From positions 42,470,001 to 42,534,000 of the forward strand of contig NC_135759.1 in NCBI RefSeq assembly GCF_052425735.1: a DNA stretch of 64,000 nucleotides, read 5' to 3'. The notes beneath the pieces are model-generated. The model ran no database searches. It was not told the DNA's origin and saw nothing but the letters and a program-made list of their open reading frames with translations. Shown piece after piece: positions 11,369 through 24,900 of the stretch; position 1 is the stretch's first letter, and each line of letters begins with the position of its first letter. The position numbers and the translations under genes were made by a program. The stretch is from Oculina patagonica. Taxonomy: Eukaryota.

Positions 11369-12559
11369 ACTCTAGTTTGACTTTATAAGTTCAATGTAAG
11401 ACCTATACACGTAAAAGATTAAGGTTCCTTTTGAGTGCAAAACGTGAGTAAGATATTCATATTTATTGGAGTACTATCATAATCCAAACTGACAGAAGAG
11501 AAATGGGAGATTCCTAATCTGCGGGATGGGACTTCATACAGGGGAAAGGGTTTGATATTGCATATATTTTTATGATAACAAGGTTAGGTTACCAATTTAC
11601 TGCAATCCTGAACTTTTAACTAATAATTATAACTTCGTCCGGGACTTCTACTATGCCAGTATAATTGGTCAGAGCACTCCAACTCGAATTTCAATCGAGC
11701 CTCGTAGGTTTAGCGGAAAATGAATCTCATTTTTTATAGAACGAGGTCTATAAAAGAGTCATAAAACAGAACACTATTCAGTTTCCTTCACGTCCGACGT
11801 CGGACGTGTTTGCAAATAGCCCGACTTCAGCAGCTTTGGAAAATTAGTCCTGGATGCTTTATATATTTAAAAGGCAGCGAGCTGATAAATTTTTCTCAAC
11901 CCTGCATGCAAAAATCACTTTAAGACTTTCTTACCATTGAAAGTGTGTTTTGTGGCCATTGGCTTCTGCAGGACTAAATTTGTTGCTTTCAGTAGCGATA
12001 CTTGGCTGTGCGGGATCAATGATGCAGGAAAGTGATGGTTTATCTCGGTGTAAAATCCTTTGAAATTTTTCTTTGTTTTGGAGCTATTGTTTTTCTGCTC
12101 TATATTGTTTCAAGGTTCTTTGTTGTCTGGCTAAAGCGTTCGTCAGGATCATCTTTCGGCAGCTTTTTCGGAAGACATCGATATCGAACAAAGCTCCGCT
12201 TATTTTAGCACTTACTGTCCTTTCTGGTTCTTCTGCCGAGCAGAATCGAAACTGAAACCTTGGTCAATAATTGTTTGTTTGGTTTGTTGTATCTTGTCGT
12301 TATAACACCACGCATAGTAATCAACTTTGCCGGAGGCATGATTTCACAGAATACATCACCTCAAACAATAGAGAGTAAATATTATGATCAAAATGTTTAC
12401 AATATAACGTCGCCTGGATAAGCGGCCTTTGAAGGTTGGGAGGGGGTGCATTGCATTAATAAAAAGTTAAAAAAAAGTCTAAAACAAAGTCCAAACAATC
12501 CGCACTGCCTTTATATAAAGAACTACTGAATTTGTTACATTTGCTTTAAGGCATCTTTA

Positions 12560-12917
12560 TATCAAGCGAGGCAGATTTTAATGTTTTCTTTTTGCACGAG
12601 TTGCAGACAATTCCGCGCGCTTTTCCGCGAAAGTTCTGTGAGCCAATCAGAAGCGAGCTTTAAACATCACGAAACGCTATGTATGCTGGGAAATTTCAAC
12701 AGATCTCTCTCTCGGAAGTGAAGTTTTCTCTGTGATGTGAGAGATTTTAGTGAATTTGTGTTCATCCAGAAGTCTTGTTTCTCCGTTCCTCCGTGCTTTG
12801 AACAGCGCTCAGTGCAATGGTGAAGACCCACATCAACAGGTCGCTTGATTTATGATTTGTCTCAGGCCTTTCTATTACATCTTCAGCTTATAACCAATCG
12901 ATCTTACCGACCAAAAT
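12560..12917. promoter_or_regulatory. Likely promoter/5'UTR region between the divergent STAND and TTC3-like genes
   Basis: CCAAT box (agccaatcag, 12641), ETS-like cggaagtg (~12713) and a local CpG cluster upstream of the ATG at 12918. Confidence 0.4.
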
Positions 12918-15900
12918 ATGGCTTCTGCTGTGAATTTAGAGAGCAACAAAACAAGCAGTGTAAGTAGAAAGGCCCCTCACTTTCTCTGTTTTCAGTATTT
13001 TTTTTTTTTTACAATGTGTGGTTTCTTATGCTGGAAACTTCACATTCGTTGTTTGTGTTAAACTTAAATATCTGAAAAAACCTCACGTACAGCTAGTAAG
13101 CTTATATACTGATTGCACCGATTAATTTGTGAACTTTTATGACCTCACGTGTGCACTATGTTATCTTTTTATTGCCTAGAACTTAATAGAACGCTTACCT
13201 TATTCTTTTTGTCATGAGAGAAAACTCTACGGTTGATCTTTTAGCTTGATTTTACAAAATGTAAGTTCAATCTCAGGCTGTCCAAAAAATGTCACCTTCG
13301 TGTCAATTATTAATTACCAATGTGTGATTGGTTATGTTGGGCATTTACAGTGTAAACTGGATAACAAAAATTTTAGGACAGTTTGGTGGTCACATGTATG
13401 TAAAGAAACTGTATTGCATAACAGAATTGTTCTGTGAGTAGTAAAAAAAAAAAGCAGATGCTGGGGTCATTGTGTCGCAATGTCGCATATAATCTGTCGC
13501 TTGTTGCTGTTAAAATGTTCCTGTGTTGCCAGTATTCAGGGTCATGTTGCTTGTTGCGTTTAGCCCTTGGAAGGCCTCACTTGAAATCTATGAAGATGAC
13601 CCTGAATCCTAGTTAACACACCTCCCCCTCTCTTGTGAGTACTCAACAAAAAAAAAGACGCGGGGCTCTGCCCCTGGAACTAAATCCTTACCCTTTCATA
13701 TACAATTTGTGACAGGAAAGGTGACCCAACACTTTTCAACACAAGTTGATGAGTGACAAAGCCTTATTTGACTACACTCTATCAAAGTCATTAAAAAAAT
13801 TAGAGTGGTCATGTAATTGTCTTGGCATAATCAAGTGGCTAATGTGTTAAACACAGGATAGATTTTGTATTCTTTGGGATGAAAAGTAATTTGCTTTTAC
13901 TTTGGTTTTGCATTACTACACTCATTGATTGGCTCAAACCTCTCATGCCAATTTCTCAGCCAGTTAAAAGTAAAAGTAAAAACACTTTTGCACTTTATGG
14001 CAACTACATGTAATTACCTAATTAGCGTTTTGATTTGTTTACTGAGTGTACATGTAAGTGTCCCTTGCAGGGCTGCAAATAAATTTTTTTCCCTTGACAG
14101 GACATATGTCCTACTAAGACACCATCTTGGTCAGACAAAACAAAATTTTGGTTGGACAGATTTTATTCATCGTTGCCGTAATATGATTAATGATCAAAAA
14201 ATTGTCCCGACATTATGTCCGGCCACACTTGGGATTTAGTCGGACATGAGCAAATTTTGGTCACCTGAGATGACGGACTGTTATTTGCAGCCCAGCCTTG
14301 TGATTGGTCAAAGTAATATCTTGTGGTTTTGGTTTTACGACACTCAACCAAAAACTGCTCTAAGAAGGTACAGTAGTTGTGTAGCCAATCAATTTTACCA
14401 ATAGTCACTGTTCATATCAAAACAAACAGCTTACGTGTATGACAGCAATATTCTAATATCAATATACATGTACTGAATTATTCAGGAAATGGAGAATAAG
14501 ACAAGTGATGACTACACAACTTGCTTACTGTGCAAGGATTGTGAATGTACAAGAAAAGGCTCAGGTATGTGTGAAGAGAGAAGGTATTGGTAAGGACAAG
14601 ATGTTTATATTCTTCAGGCAGGATTCTTAGTGGACAGGGACAGCGGGGAGGGCCCGGGGAAAAAGGGGTGGGATCGTGAGGAGAGAGGGCGGGAAGTGGG
14701 ATTCTTGAGGTGGCCAGAACCGGGAGAAAACAAGTAAACTTTTGCAAAATAATATTTTGTTATATTTTACAATAGATACCGTATTTATTCGATTAAGCGC
14801 CCAACCTCGAATAAGCTCCCACCTCGAACAAGCGCCTACCCTGAAAGTTGGAAAAGATAATAAGCAACCAGCTTCGAATAAGCCCTCCCTCCCCCCATAA
14901 AAACCCTGAAGTGCACAATAGGAGTAAGTACAACTACCGTAATGATTCTATGTCAATAAGCGCCCCCCTTCGAATGTGTTTTTGTCAATAAGCGCCCCTA
15001 TTCCAATAAGCGCCCCCATTCTTATAAGTGCCCCTTTTGTGGATAAATGCCCCTACTGAATCTAAGTCATCAACGTGAAATAGATAAACTCATGAACATT
15101 CACCGTACCGTACATGTATATATTTACTGCTAAAATGAACACTTCTTTTTAAAGTAACTGAACCTTGTCATTATTTAATAATATTTACTAAAGTTTTGTT
15201 TTGAACATTTGGTTGTTTCTCAAAAAATTAAATAAGCGCCCTGTCCCGAATAAGCGCCCTGTCCCGAATAAGCGCCCTGTCTCGAATAAGCGCCCTCCCT
15301 TGAGATGCCAAAAGTTAATAAGTGCCCCGGGCGCTAAATCGAATCATTATGGTAAGAAGACTTTCCCCGTGACCGAGTTTTCTTAGTATTTTACAGAAGC
15401 TTTCAGTAATGAACAGTTAAAATTCTGCTTTGGTAAATCTTCACGTTTTGTTATTATTTTTTGTTTTGTTACAAAAATAAACTTACTATTTGCTGAAGAT
15501 GGCGAAAATGTAATAAGCGCCCAGACTCAAGTAAGCGCCCACCTCGAATAAGTGCCCACTCTCAAGGTCCAAGGCGCTTAATCAAATAAATACGGTATGG
15601 AACAAGTAGGAGAGAATGGCTATGGAAAGGGGCACGAGGTGGGAGTAAAAGGTACGGAGGCAGGAGGTTCATTCTCTCCTGTCCCCCTCCACTTCTTATT
15701 GTCCAATGCTAATAATAAAGAAAGACCACAAGTCACAGGAGTGTCCTTAGCTCTTCTGTGTCACGTGGGTAAATAAATAACATTTAAATTTGTTTTTGTT
15801 CACTCTTAAACTAGATCAGTTAATTGTGAAATGTGAGCAAATCAGTTTATACAAATGCTGTGCATTTTTTGATTGAAAACAAACAAAAAGTGCCAATGTT

Positions 15901-18900
15901 ATTCAGTTGGTAGAGAAACTGAAGGCCTTGTACCTTAGTTACATGTTGGAAAGATGTGGTGGCCCAATAGGTCTCTGGGTTTAAACCTTTGTGTCATCTA
16001 GTGGGAAAAATTGTACACTTTTTCTTAGATTGCACCCCTACCCAGGTTTATAAAATGTGTACAGATGAAATGCTGCAGTAACCTGACAAAATGGTGGAAT
16101 TTGAATTTGACTAGTATCCAATAATATAGAGCGTTTTCACTCACGTGACCAGATTTCTCCATTGTCATGGCAACCGACTTTATCCGCCATATTGGTGTTC
16201 CATCGAAGCAGAGTTTGAGTAGCGTCACACAACAGTTAGAGCATAATTTACAGTTTTTCGACTACTTTAATGCGCGAAACAACTCATTTACATTAAGATT
16301 CTTTGCATTCTCGTCGGCTGTGGCAATAATACAGGGAAAAAGAAGGCCCAGTGGTGAAAAACTGAGTTTTTTCGTGTTTTACGTGTTATTGTTAACCAAG
16401 GCAAGTACATGGAATACCTGACTACGGAAAGAGGAAGATGTATTTCTGCCTTAAGTAGAGACGATTTAGCTGATGCTATATGTTAGAAAATGACCGAGTT
16501 AGCAGCAAGCATTTCAAAGATTGAAGATCTGACACAGTTCCGGTATGTCCCAAGAAAACAAACTGATATCTGTTGGTAAGATATGAGGTGAACCAATCTT
16601 TCGCTACTCCACGAAATCCACAATAATCTAGTTTCTCACTCTAGATGTTATGATTTAGAGTATTGAAGGCTTTACTAAAATCTTTAAATAATTATACTAC
16701 AAGAAAGTTCGTTGCAGTCAGTTGCATGTTGTATCCGGTCGATAATGCTTAGAATGGCATGATCAGTGGAGTGTTTTCACAGAAACCAAACTGTTTGCAA
16801 TAAATTACTTTGAAATTCTTCTTTGCCAAGAGAAGTATTTTCTTATGCATCAATTTTTCCAACAGTTTATTAAATATGGACAGAATTGTCTAAATTTGTT
16901 TGTAAGGCCTAAACTTGTTTATAACACAGGGGTAACTTTAGCTTTTTTTAAAATTGCTTGGGACAATTCCAGTAAAGTTGAAAAGGAAGCATTTATTTAA
17001 TATAATTTCTCGTAGTAGAGGCTTAGATATGACATATTTATTAGCTCTTAGGAAGTAAACTTGCTGGCATTCAGTTTAATAATTTTATTTTCAATTTCCA
17101 CAGTTGTTATGGGAAATACAGTAAACACCTGCGTGTAAGAACCTACATTGTGTACAATTTTCTAAGTTTGGCAAAATAGGTTCTTGTATTTGGGGGTAGT
17201 TATTGGTAATTTAGGCTAAGTAGGTTCTTATTAAGGTTCTTAATTTCTAAGGAGGAGCCATAGTTTTGGATTGTACGAGAAGAAAAAAATGGGTTTGGTC
17301 CTTCATTATGCAGCATTTATTCATAACTGTCTTGCTTCAAGCCTCATGCAAGGTCCAAAGAAGACAATAACAGTCTATGTGAATCTGTCTTCCTTTATTT
17401 GTAAATACAGTGTGGGATGTTCTGTTAAAAATGATCATAAAAATTTTCTATAACCCACATATAAGAACCTGTTGAAATTTGCTTGGCTAAACAGGTTCTT
17501 ATATTTTGGGGTATTAAAATGGCAAATTTCTGCCAGCAGGTTCTTAAACCACTAGGTTCTTACACGCAGGTGTTTACTGTACAAAGAAATTATCCTGAGA
17601 TGAAGGTGATTTATTTACTCTACGAACACTCTTAGCCAATAAATATCCAATATGAACATAGAAAGAGTTAAAAGCATAATTTTGCCATTGACTTAGGATC
17701 ATTTTTTTCAGAATCGTCAACAAGTAATTTAGTGGGAGTACATCCAGATCTGCATCTAAGGTTGACAGTCAAGTTGTCTTATCCCCTTCCAGTCGACTTT
17801 CTTGGAATCAGACTTATTTACATGGAAGTGATTATTTTTAGAGTTATTTTTACTCACTTTTAGCAAGTGGTTATGCCCATTCCTAAAAGTTTAATTTAAA
17901 TAAAGAGATATACTTTCAGCTGTACTTTGGTAGAGATGAATGCTAATCGAGTAGGGAGGAGTTTAAAAACAACAAATGTTTGCCCATAATGAAGGAGATT
18001 GCTTCTCTACAACTTACTTTTTTAAAATTGTTTTGGGGGAATATACCCCCAGACCCCCCTAGAAGTTACCTCCTCTGGGTCTCACTAATGCTCCTTCGGG
18101 GCAATTCAATTTCTCACTCCATGCCAGCCAAAAAACTTGGCATCTATGACTGGTTTGGTTTTCATATACTTCTTTAGAATGATAATTGAGTCACTTAATG
18201 CAGTTGTCCATGGTTTGGATTTCATTTCACGTTTAGAAAGTTGCTTGATAGGGATATGAACAACAATTATTTCTGAGATTCTAGTGTAAAAGGAATTAAA
18301 CATTACATTAGGATCACTGGATATCTTGAATTAGAGCAGATTCATAAAAATAAAAATCGTCTCATTATTAGATCTTAATATTATTGGGAAGAGAAGAATA
18401 TATTTTTTTTACAATTAGAAAGTTAGGTAGATGTTCAGTAAGATCATAAACAAGATTTTCACTTGAGTTGATATGTTTCTGAGTGGTCAGTAATTCGGGT
18501 GGGTTGTAAAATGTGTGGTTGAAAACTAGAGGACCCCCAAGGTATTTAAAAAGTTTTCTGTATCGGTGTGCGAATCCAATTTAAGGAGATCAAGATTGAA
18601 ATCTCCCAAGGTGAGCCTCTCTATGGGTACCCACGGTCTTCGTTTTCTTCGCAACTTTTTGCAAATCTTCGTTTTCTTTAAACAGATCTTCGTTTTATCT
18701 TCGTTCGGTTTTTCCGTGGAATGTTGTCAAATGCCAACATTTAAAAATTACAGATATTTTCTGTAGTGTTTAGGAATTTTTACAATTTTATATCGGAGTG
18801 TTCAATTTGATCACGTGAATTTTGGTCAATTTCAGATCTTCGCTTCAATCTTGAGATCTTCGCTTTTTCCGCGGTGATCTTCGCTTCTTCGATTTCTTTG

Positions 18901-21900
18901 GAAGTACCCATAGAGAGGCTCCAAGGTAATGCAGAACTTATCCTTCCTATGAATCCTGTCAACTGTAGAGTTAAGATTATCCATAAAGTTTTGTATATAA
19001 CCATTTGGGTGCAGATAAATCACACTACAGATCATGTTTCTTTGAGATCCATTTTGCATTTCTACCCATAGAGCCTCAAATTAAAGTCATCTGTTGTTTT
19101 TGTGAGTTCAGGACTAGTTGTAAATAACTGAATGATCTGCCTTGATACAAAAACCAACTCCTCCAGCATTTGAAAGACTGGGTTGGAAAGTAAATGAATA
19201 ACCTGGTATTTAAACATTGGGCAAACAATTTTGGTCAACTTTTAGCTTAATCCCAGGAAGGCAAATATATTAACTCAGACAACATTTGCTGCAAATTATC
19301 GAAGTTGGCTGACAAGTTGTTGATATGTTTCTGCTCCTTGAAACAATAGAAACAAACTTAGGGCGAATCAAACTTAAAGCCACAACATGAAAGTTTTTCC
19401 TTTATTCCTATTTTGATTCCATGCCTCGATGTAATTTAACAGAACTCTTGTGATATGCGAGCCATTTTGATCGGTTATTATCGAAAGCGTAACATTTGAA
19501 TCGTTCATTCTTTGTGAATGCCTAACCTTTCCGAGAACGATGAACTTTTTGCCTATTTTATACTCTTTAACACTATTTACAAACCCTGAATAAGTTGATT
19601 ATACGCCCGTGTGAACTTCTGAAAGATTGGTCCTTACTGTAATAGCCGGTTTCTAGGACTCAAAACGACAGCAAATCCATAGATTCGACAGGAGGCAAGC
19701 ATTCTGGATCGTATGTTTTATCCGGAATTATTACAGGATCCATTCCAACACAAGAAATCTCATCAGAGTAGGTTTCTTTACGTGGGGATCGAGGTTGTTC
19801 ACATAATCCGAGAGGGAATATACTGCCATGATGGAAAAGTGGAACACCAATATGGCGTCTCAAATTTCCCGCGAAAAATGTGACGTCACGTGAAAACGCT
19901 CTATAGCTGGATGAAGTAATGCACTTTTGTGTTTTTTTTTTTGCTTTAGAAAGTGGTGTAATAAGTTGACTACTGTAGCAATATTGTTTTTATTTTGATG
20001 AACCTCTTTTAGTGACATTGAAGATAGCTGTTTCACTGTCTTCTGTGGAAAAGGAAAACTGCTTCTGCCAGTGAAAAACACTCTTAGGGACACTTTCCAT
20101 AAGTCAAAAATGGCTGTCCTGCCCAGTACATTCGAGAACAGAATTCCGTTGTCAGTCAGTTTTGTCTGGCTGTCAGATCAGTCAATGCATAAATTATATA
20201 CACTGTTATGGTGGATTAGTGAGACAATTCTTGTGGAAAAGACCTATTTTACAGTCATTCAAAATCACTGGGCTGGCCAGCTACTTCTGTCCAATGGAAA
20301 CTGTGCCCTTTAAACACTAACATGTACATTGGAACAAAACGTTCCTGCTTTTTAAACTATTTATTCATTTTTTGTGAAACATCTATCTACAGAGAACCCA
20401 GTTCATGCATGGTTGAAAATGGATACCATAGCAAGAGAGAAACACTTGAAACATATGAAGATTTGTATTTTGGCTCCTGTCTTGTTTGGAAAAAGAATGA
20501 ACTATTCTTCAAAGGTACATGTATGTACTAGCAATTCAACTCTCCATGGAGCATAAGAAAATGTACTGTGCTGAAGATGTCACTGTATAAAAAATTATTT
20601 GTGTTATTTTTTTGTGTGGCTGGTTTAAGTCCTCTCTTTTTTACATCAGAACATCAGATGGCTCAGGCATTTAAGCTTAGTTCCAAGACCAAGCTTTGAC
20701 AGGTAAATCAAAAGGTTATAGTTATTTTACAAACTTTTTATTGCAGGTGTCTTGATTCTGTTCATTGCCCTTGTCTGATTTGAAAGGGATACATGAAATG
20801 GCTGTGCTGGCACTTTTACTTACTGTACAGATAAGGTTGTTGAAACTTCGGTTGTGGACAATCACACTAATAAACAAACTGTAGGTCTTTCTGTATACTA
20901 CATAATTTTATGTAGGCATTGATTATTTTGTATTGTTGCAGAATTTCCTGTTTGGGATCATGTTTGTCAAAAAGATTAATCGAACTAGCAGAGCTAGCAG
21001 AGGAAATTGTGGACACTGTTCTCTCCTGCCTCGTAAGACAGTATCTTCTGTTTGTTATTGATCAGGAGAATTTTTTATGCTTACTATTGTAATGATATTT
21101 TGTAGCCTGAATAGTTAACCCTGAGGCCACTGAAACAACAACAAAAACAATAACAACTTAGGGGTAAATGAGACAGTACAATTTTGTCTATTATTATTGA
21201 TTCGCATGAAACAGGCTTACACAATGACTACAACTTGAATCACATCATGTAAATGTAAATTGGCCTTCCACATTTCTATGACAGATGCACACACATCTAA
21301 ATGGTCCTAAGTAATGTTGTGGGTCTGTCATGTATGCAAGAAAGTCTTATTGTGTGAATCAGATTGTGCATGTATATTGTACATGAACAGTGGTTAGAAG
21401 TCCTTGGTACATTGTACAGGCCACATGTTTAGGCCACCGGGTCAGTGCTTTACAGTACAATGTATACATGTACGTTGTGGTTCAATTTTACTCTTGCTAC
21501 AAGTTTGGTATTTTCCTTTGTTCTTGTGTATGGTATTTATACAGTTATACATGTATAACATAGGAAATGCCAGATTGTGCAGAGTATTATGTGTTGCTCA
21601 AAAGGGTACTATAAAATTCCGAAAATAAGCCCCACCCCTGAAAGGTACAATGTTGTAAAGTCTGTGTTTTAGCCTAGTGGCCCATCAGGCGGTGCGTATC
21701 ATGGTTTCTGTAGCATTAAGCGACTAGGAGTAATTCTTCTCCCCCCCTGGATGGGATACTAGTCCATTAAATTCATTGGCACCCACTTTTACACCTGGGT
21801 GGAGAGAGGCACTGACAAGCTATTAAGTTTCTTGCTAAAGAACACACTGCAGTACTCTGGCCAGGGCGTCAACCACTGAATCCAGAGTCCAGCGCACTAA

Positions 21901-24900
21901 CCATTAGGCTACTGGGCCTCCCTTACCCCCCCCCCCCCTAAAATAAGCCCCATGAAATAAGTGCCACAAATCTCAGATGCAGAAATCTTTCTGATAATAG
22001 GCCCTCCCCCCAAAATGAGCCCACCTGTTTTGTTTTTATACTTTACCTACTTGGTAGACATAATTTTAGTAGAATGATGCATACGATCTTATTTTTAAGA
22101 GTAAAATGAGTTTGTTAAACATTAGCATGACTTTGTGCTACCTAAGCATGTTAAAATATGCCGTCCAATTTTTAATTTCTTAGCAGTGAAGTGTAAGTGC
22201 ACGGAAGGGGTTTTCTTTTGTTAACCGCATTGGAATCCGCCTAAGATCTAGAGTGCCGCGACTCTAGGAACAGTCTCTTGGTGTAACTTGAGATAATTTC
22301 CTCGTTGAAGGATTGTTTTGTTTTTGTCTTCATACAGAGCTCAGACAAGTTTCTTCACAGCAGTTACCACACTTATAAAGAATTGAAGGATGTAAGTGAA
22401 CATTAAAACATATTTTCTTGAATTAAAAAACACAGAAGAAAGAGTAATACAAAGGACTATGTTTAAGCTTTTCAAAGATTGAAAATAACTACACTATTGA
22501 AGAATGCAGCCGGGAAAGCTGCGCAGTTAATTATGGCTGGAAGTTGGTTAGACATGATGTGTGCTGTGATTGGCTAGTAGTCTGGGCTGGATTTTCCTGT
22601 ATTGCCTATTGGCATTACAAGCGATATTAGTGCCCAGCTGGCTGATACACGTATGTTTATTTGTTTGCAGTGCGCTGTTGTCGAGGAAGCTCTCTCTATT
22701 GGAAACAGCAGTGAATTTGTGTCACTTATGAGGTAAGTCACTGTTGTTTGTATTCCTTGTTTTGCTTTATTATTATTAATGTCACTGTTCCTTTCACAAC
22801 AAAGAACTGAAACTCCCGACTGTTGAACCCGTTAACTATTTAATATTTAAAATGATAAACAAGCACTCAAGTTGGTGTAAATGGGGGAGCACTGCCTTGC
22901 ATTAGGTACATGACTAAATTGCCCTAAAAACTTCTAACTTAAAGTTGTGTTTGAATGAAAGCATGGAATGTAGAAGGCATCATGAATCTGCATTCATTTA
23001 TTTTTTTTATTTATTTTTTTATTTGCTATTTTGCAGTTCTTGTTTCAGTGGTAATCACCATTTACTAGATAAACAAGGAATTCAGTTACTGTCGCTCACT
23101 ATTCTTCATCAAGGTAAACTCACTGCTATAACTAGTAGTAATCAGAGATTAGGTGAGTGCCTTTGACCTATAGGTAAAATAGACCCAAGTTAGGCAGGCA
23201 TTGACAAAAAAACTGAGATGGTTGGCCTACTAGTAGCATGCTTTATGTCAAAGTTAGTTTATAAGTATGTACATGTACATGTGCGGGACCAAAACTTATG
23301 ATTGCAGAGAATGTTTACTTGTACAGTGTAAAAACCAGGGGCATTATTTTATTAAATGACCATTTATTTAAAACTTGACCTTTTAGAACTTATTTTTACA
23401 TTTGAAAAGAGTTTTAATTCTAACCAAGTAGGATCTTAGATTCAATCAGCTTGCTTAGTAAAAAAGCTTTATAAAATAATAATGTTCTTTAAAGGTCTTC
23501 TTTGTCTTGCTTGCAAGTGAAGGCACAGAAATGAAGTAATGAATAACTTGCTTGGTTTTGTTTTCCAGTCTTCAAATACATATGCCAGGCCTGTGAGCCT
23601 CGTGATTGTCTAACAAAGTTTGAAGAAGAAATGAAGATGAAAGAGCCGGTGAATGTTCATTTACTGTTTTGCTGCTTCAAATCATTTTGCATGTTGCGTA
23701 CATGCTCTTGCTAAAACTGGCAGATATGCAAAGATACTCAGTATATTTTTTTGTTAAGGGTTGGTGAATGGTCTTTAGAAAAATGCATGTCTCGCAAAAA
23801 TTTTAGCCAAATTTCAGGGGTCTCGTCGTCTCAATTTTTCTTTGACGCAGGCCTTCTCAATTTCTTTTGCAAGGCTAAAAAGGTCTTGGGGCTCGTACAA
23901 ATGATATTCAGTCTCACCATCTCACAAAGTCTCATATGTATATTTGACACCCCTTTGTTTCCAGGTACCATTCGAACCTCCATTTTATTTCCACAATACC
24001 TATGTTCACTTGTATTTGTCGTTATCTGTTCCTGAAAACTACAAATTTGTTTGAAACAAGACCTTTAAATAATTGTACCTGTGCTTTTTTAGAAATTAGC
24101 TAACAGTACGTATGTACACTGTATTATCTCTATATAGAATCAATACTGTTGTTGTTTATACAGGTTTGCACAGAACTAAGACTTAAAGGCAATGATCACT
24201 TTATGGATGGTGATTATCACATGGCTGCCGCTTTCTATTCTCGGGCAATTAAATTAAGGTAAAGATTTAAGAATGCTTGCTTGTAACATAAATCAAACAT
24301 TATAAATCATTGTACAACTTTGTAACTGACTCTGTCAGTACACAATTTGAGTGGTTACACCACAGGTAACCAAAGCGTACTATGAGAGTTTGTATGGATA
24401 AACTATAAAAGCTTGTATGGATTTGAAATAAAGTTGAGAAAAATATCTCTTTTTACCGGTGAAAAGTTATAATGAAACTTTTAACCTTACCTGGTGTCAC
24501 GTTTTTGTATTTCTAGTGCTTTAGAAAGTCATACGCGCGATTTTCGTCTTAACCGTCTGTTGCGTACTAAAAGAAAGACAAGGTAGGAAAGCAAATTCGA
24601 AAGGCGAACGCAGGCCTCTTCGAAAAACTCGCTAAAAGTACCTCAAAACCAGACCTAACTCGATCTTTTCCCTTCACGATCCAAGAGCGATAATTATTCC
24701 ATCTTTCTATGTAATTGAATTGCATTCAAGTTGAAGTTTGGAGCCAAGAACTTCATTTGAATTCACAACTTCGGCACAAATCGGGCGCCATTACGGCCGT
24801 GAAATTCAAATGCGAGCACCTAGCTAACGGTCGAACCTAGGGCGAGTACAAAATCCACCCCATCCGGGGGAGACAGAGGAGATCTCTTGTAAGCACCATC

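Larger units (their letters stand above)
16128..19902. mobile_element. Decayed ISL2EU-like DNA transposon carrying nested insertions
   Basis: AT|agagcgttttcac ... gtgaaaacgctct|AT termini. Subterminal gccatattggtgttcca / tggaacaccaatatggcg. Minus-strand remnant GMDP..LPPVESMDLLSF*VLETGYYSK resembles the N-terminus of the SWIM/YqaJ accessory ORF. Confidence 0.65.

Noticed and set aside
15201-15386. NKRPVP-repeat ORF; possible CRISPR-like array
   Set aside because: It is an 18-bp tandem motif within a MITE, with no unique spacers and no cas genes in a eukaryotic context.
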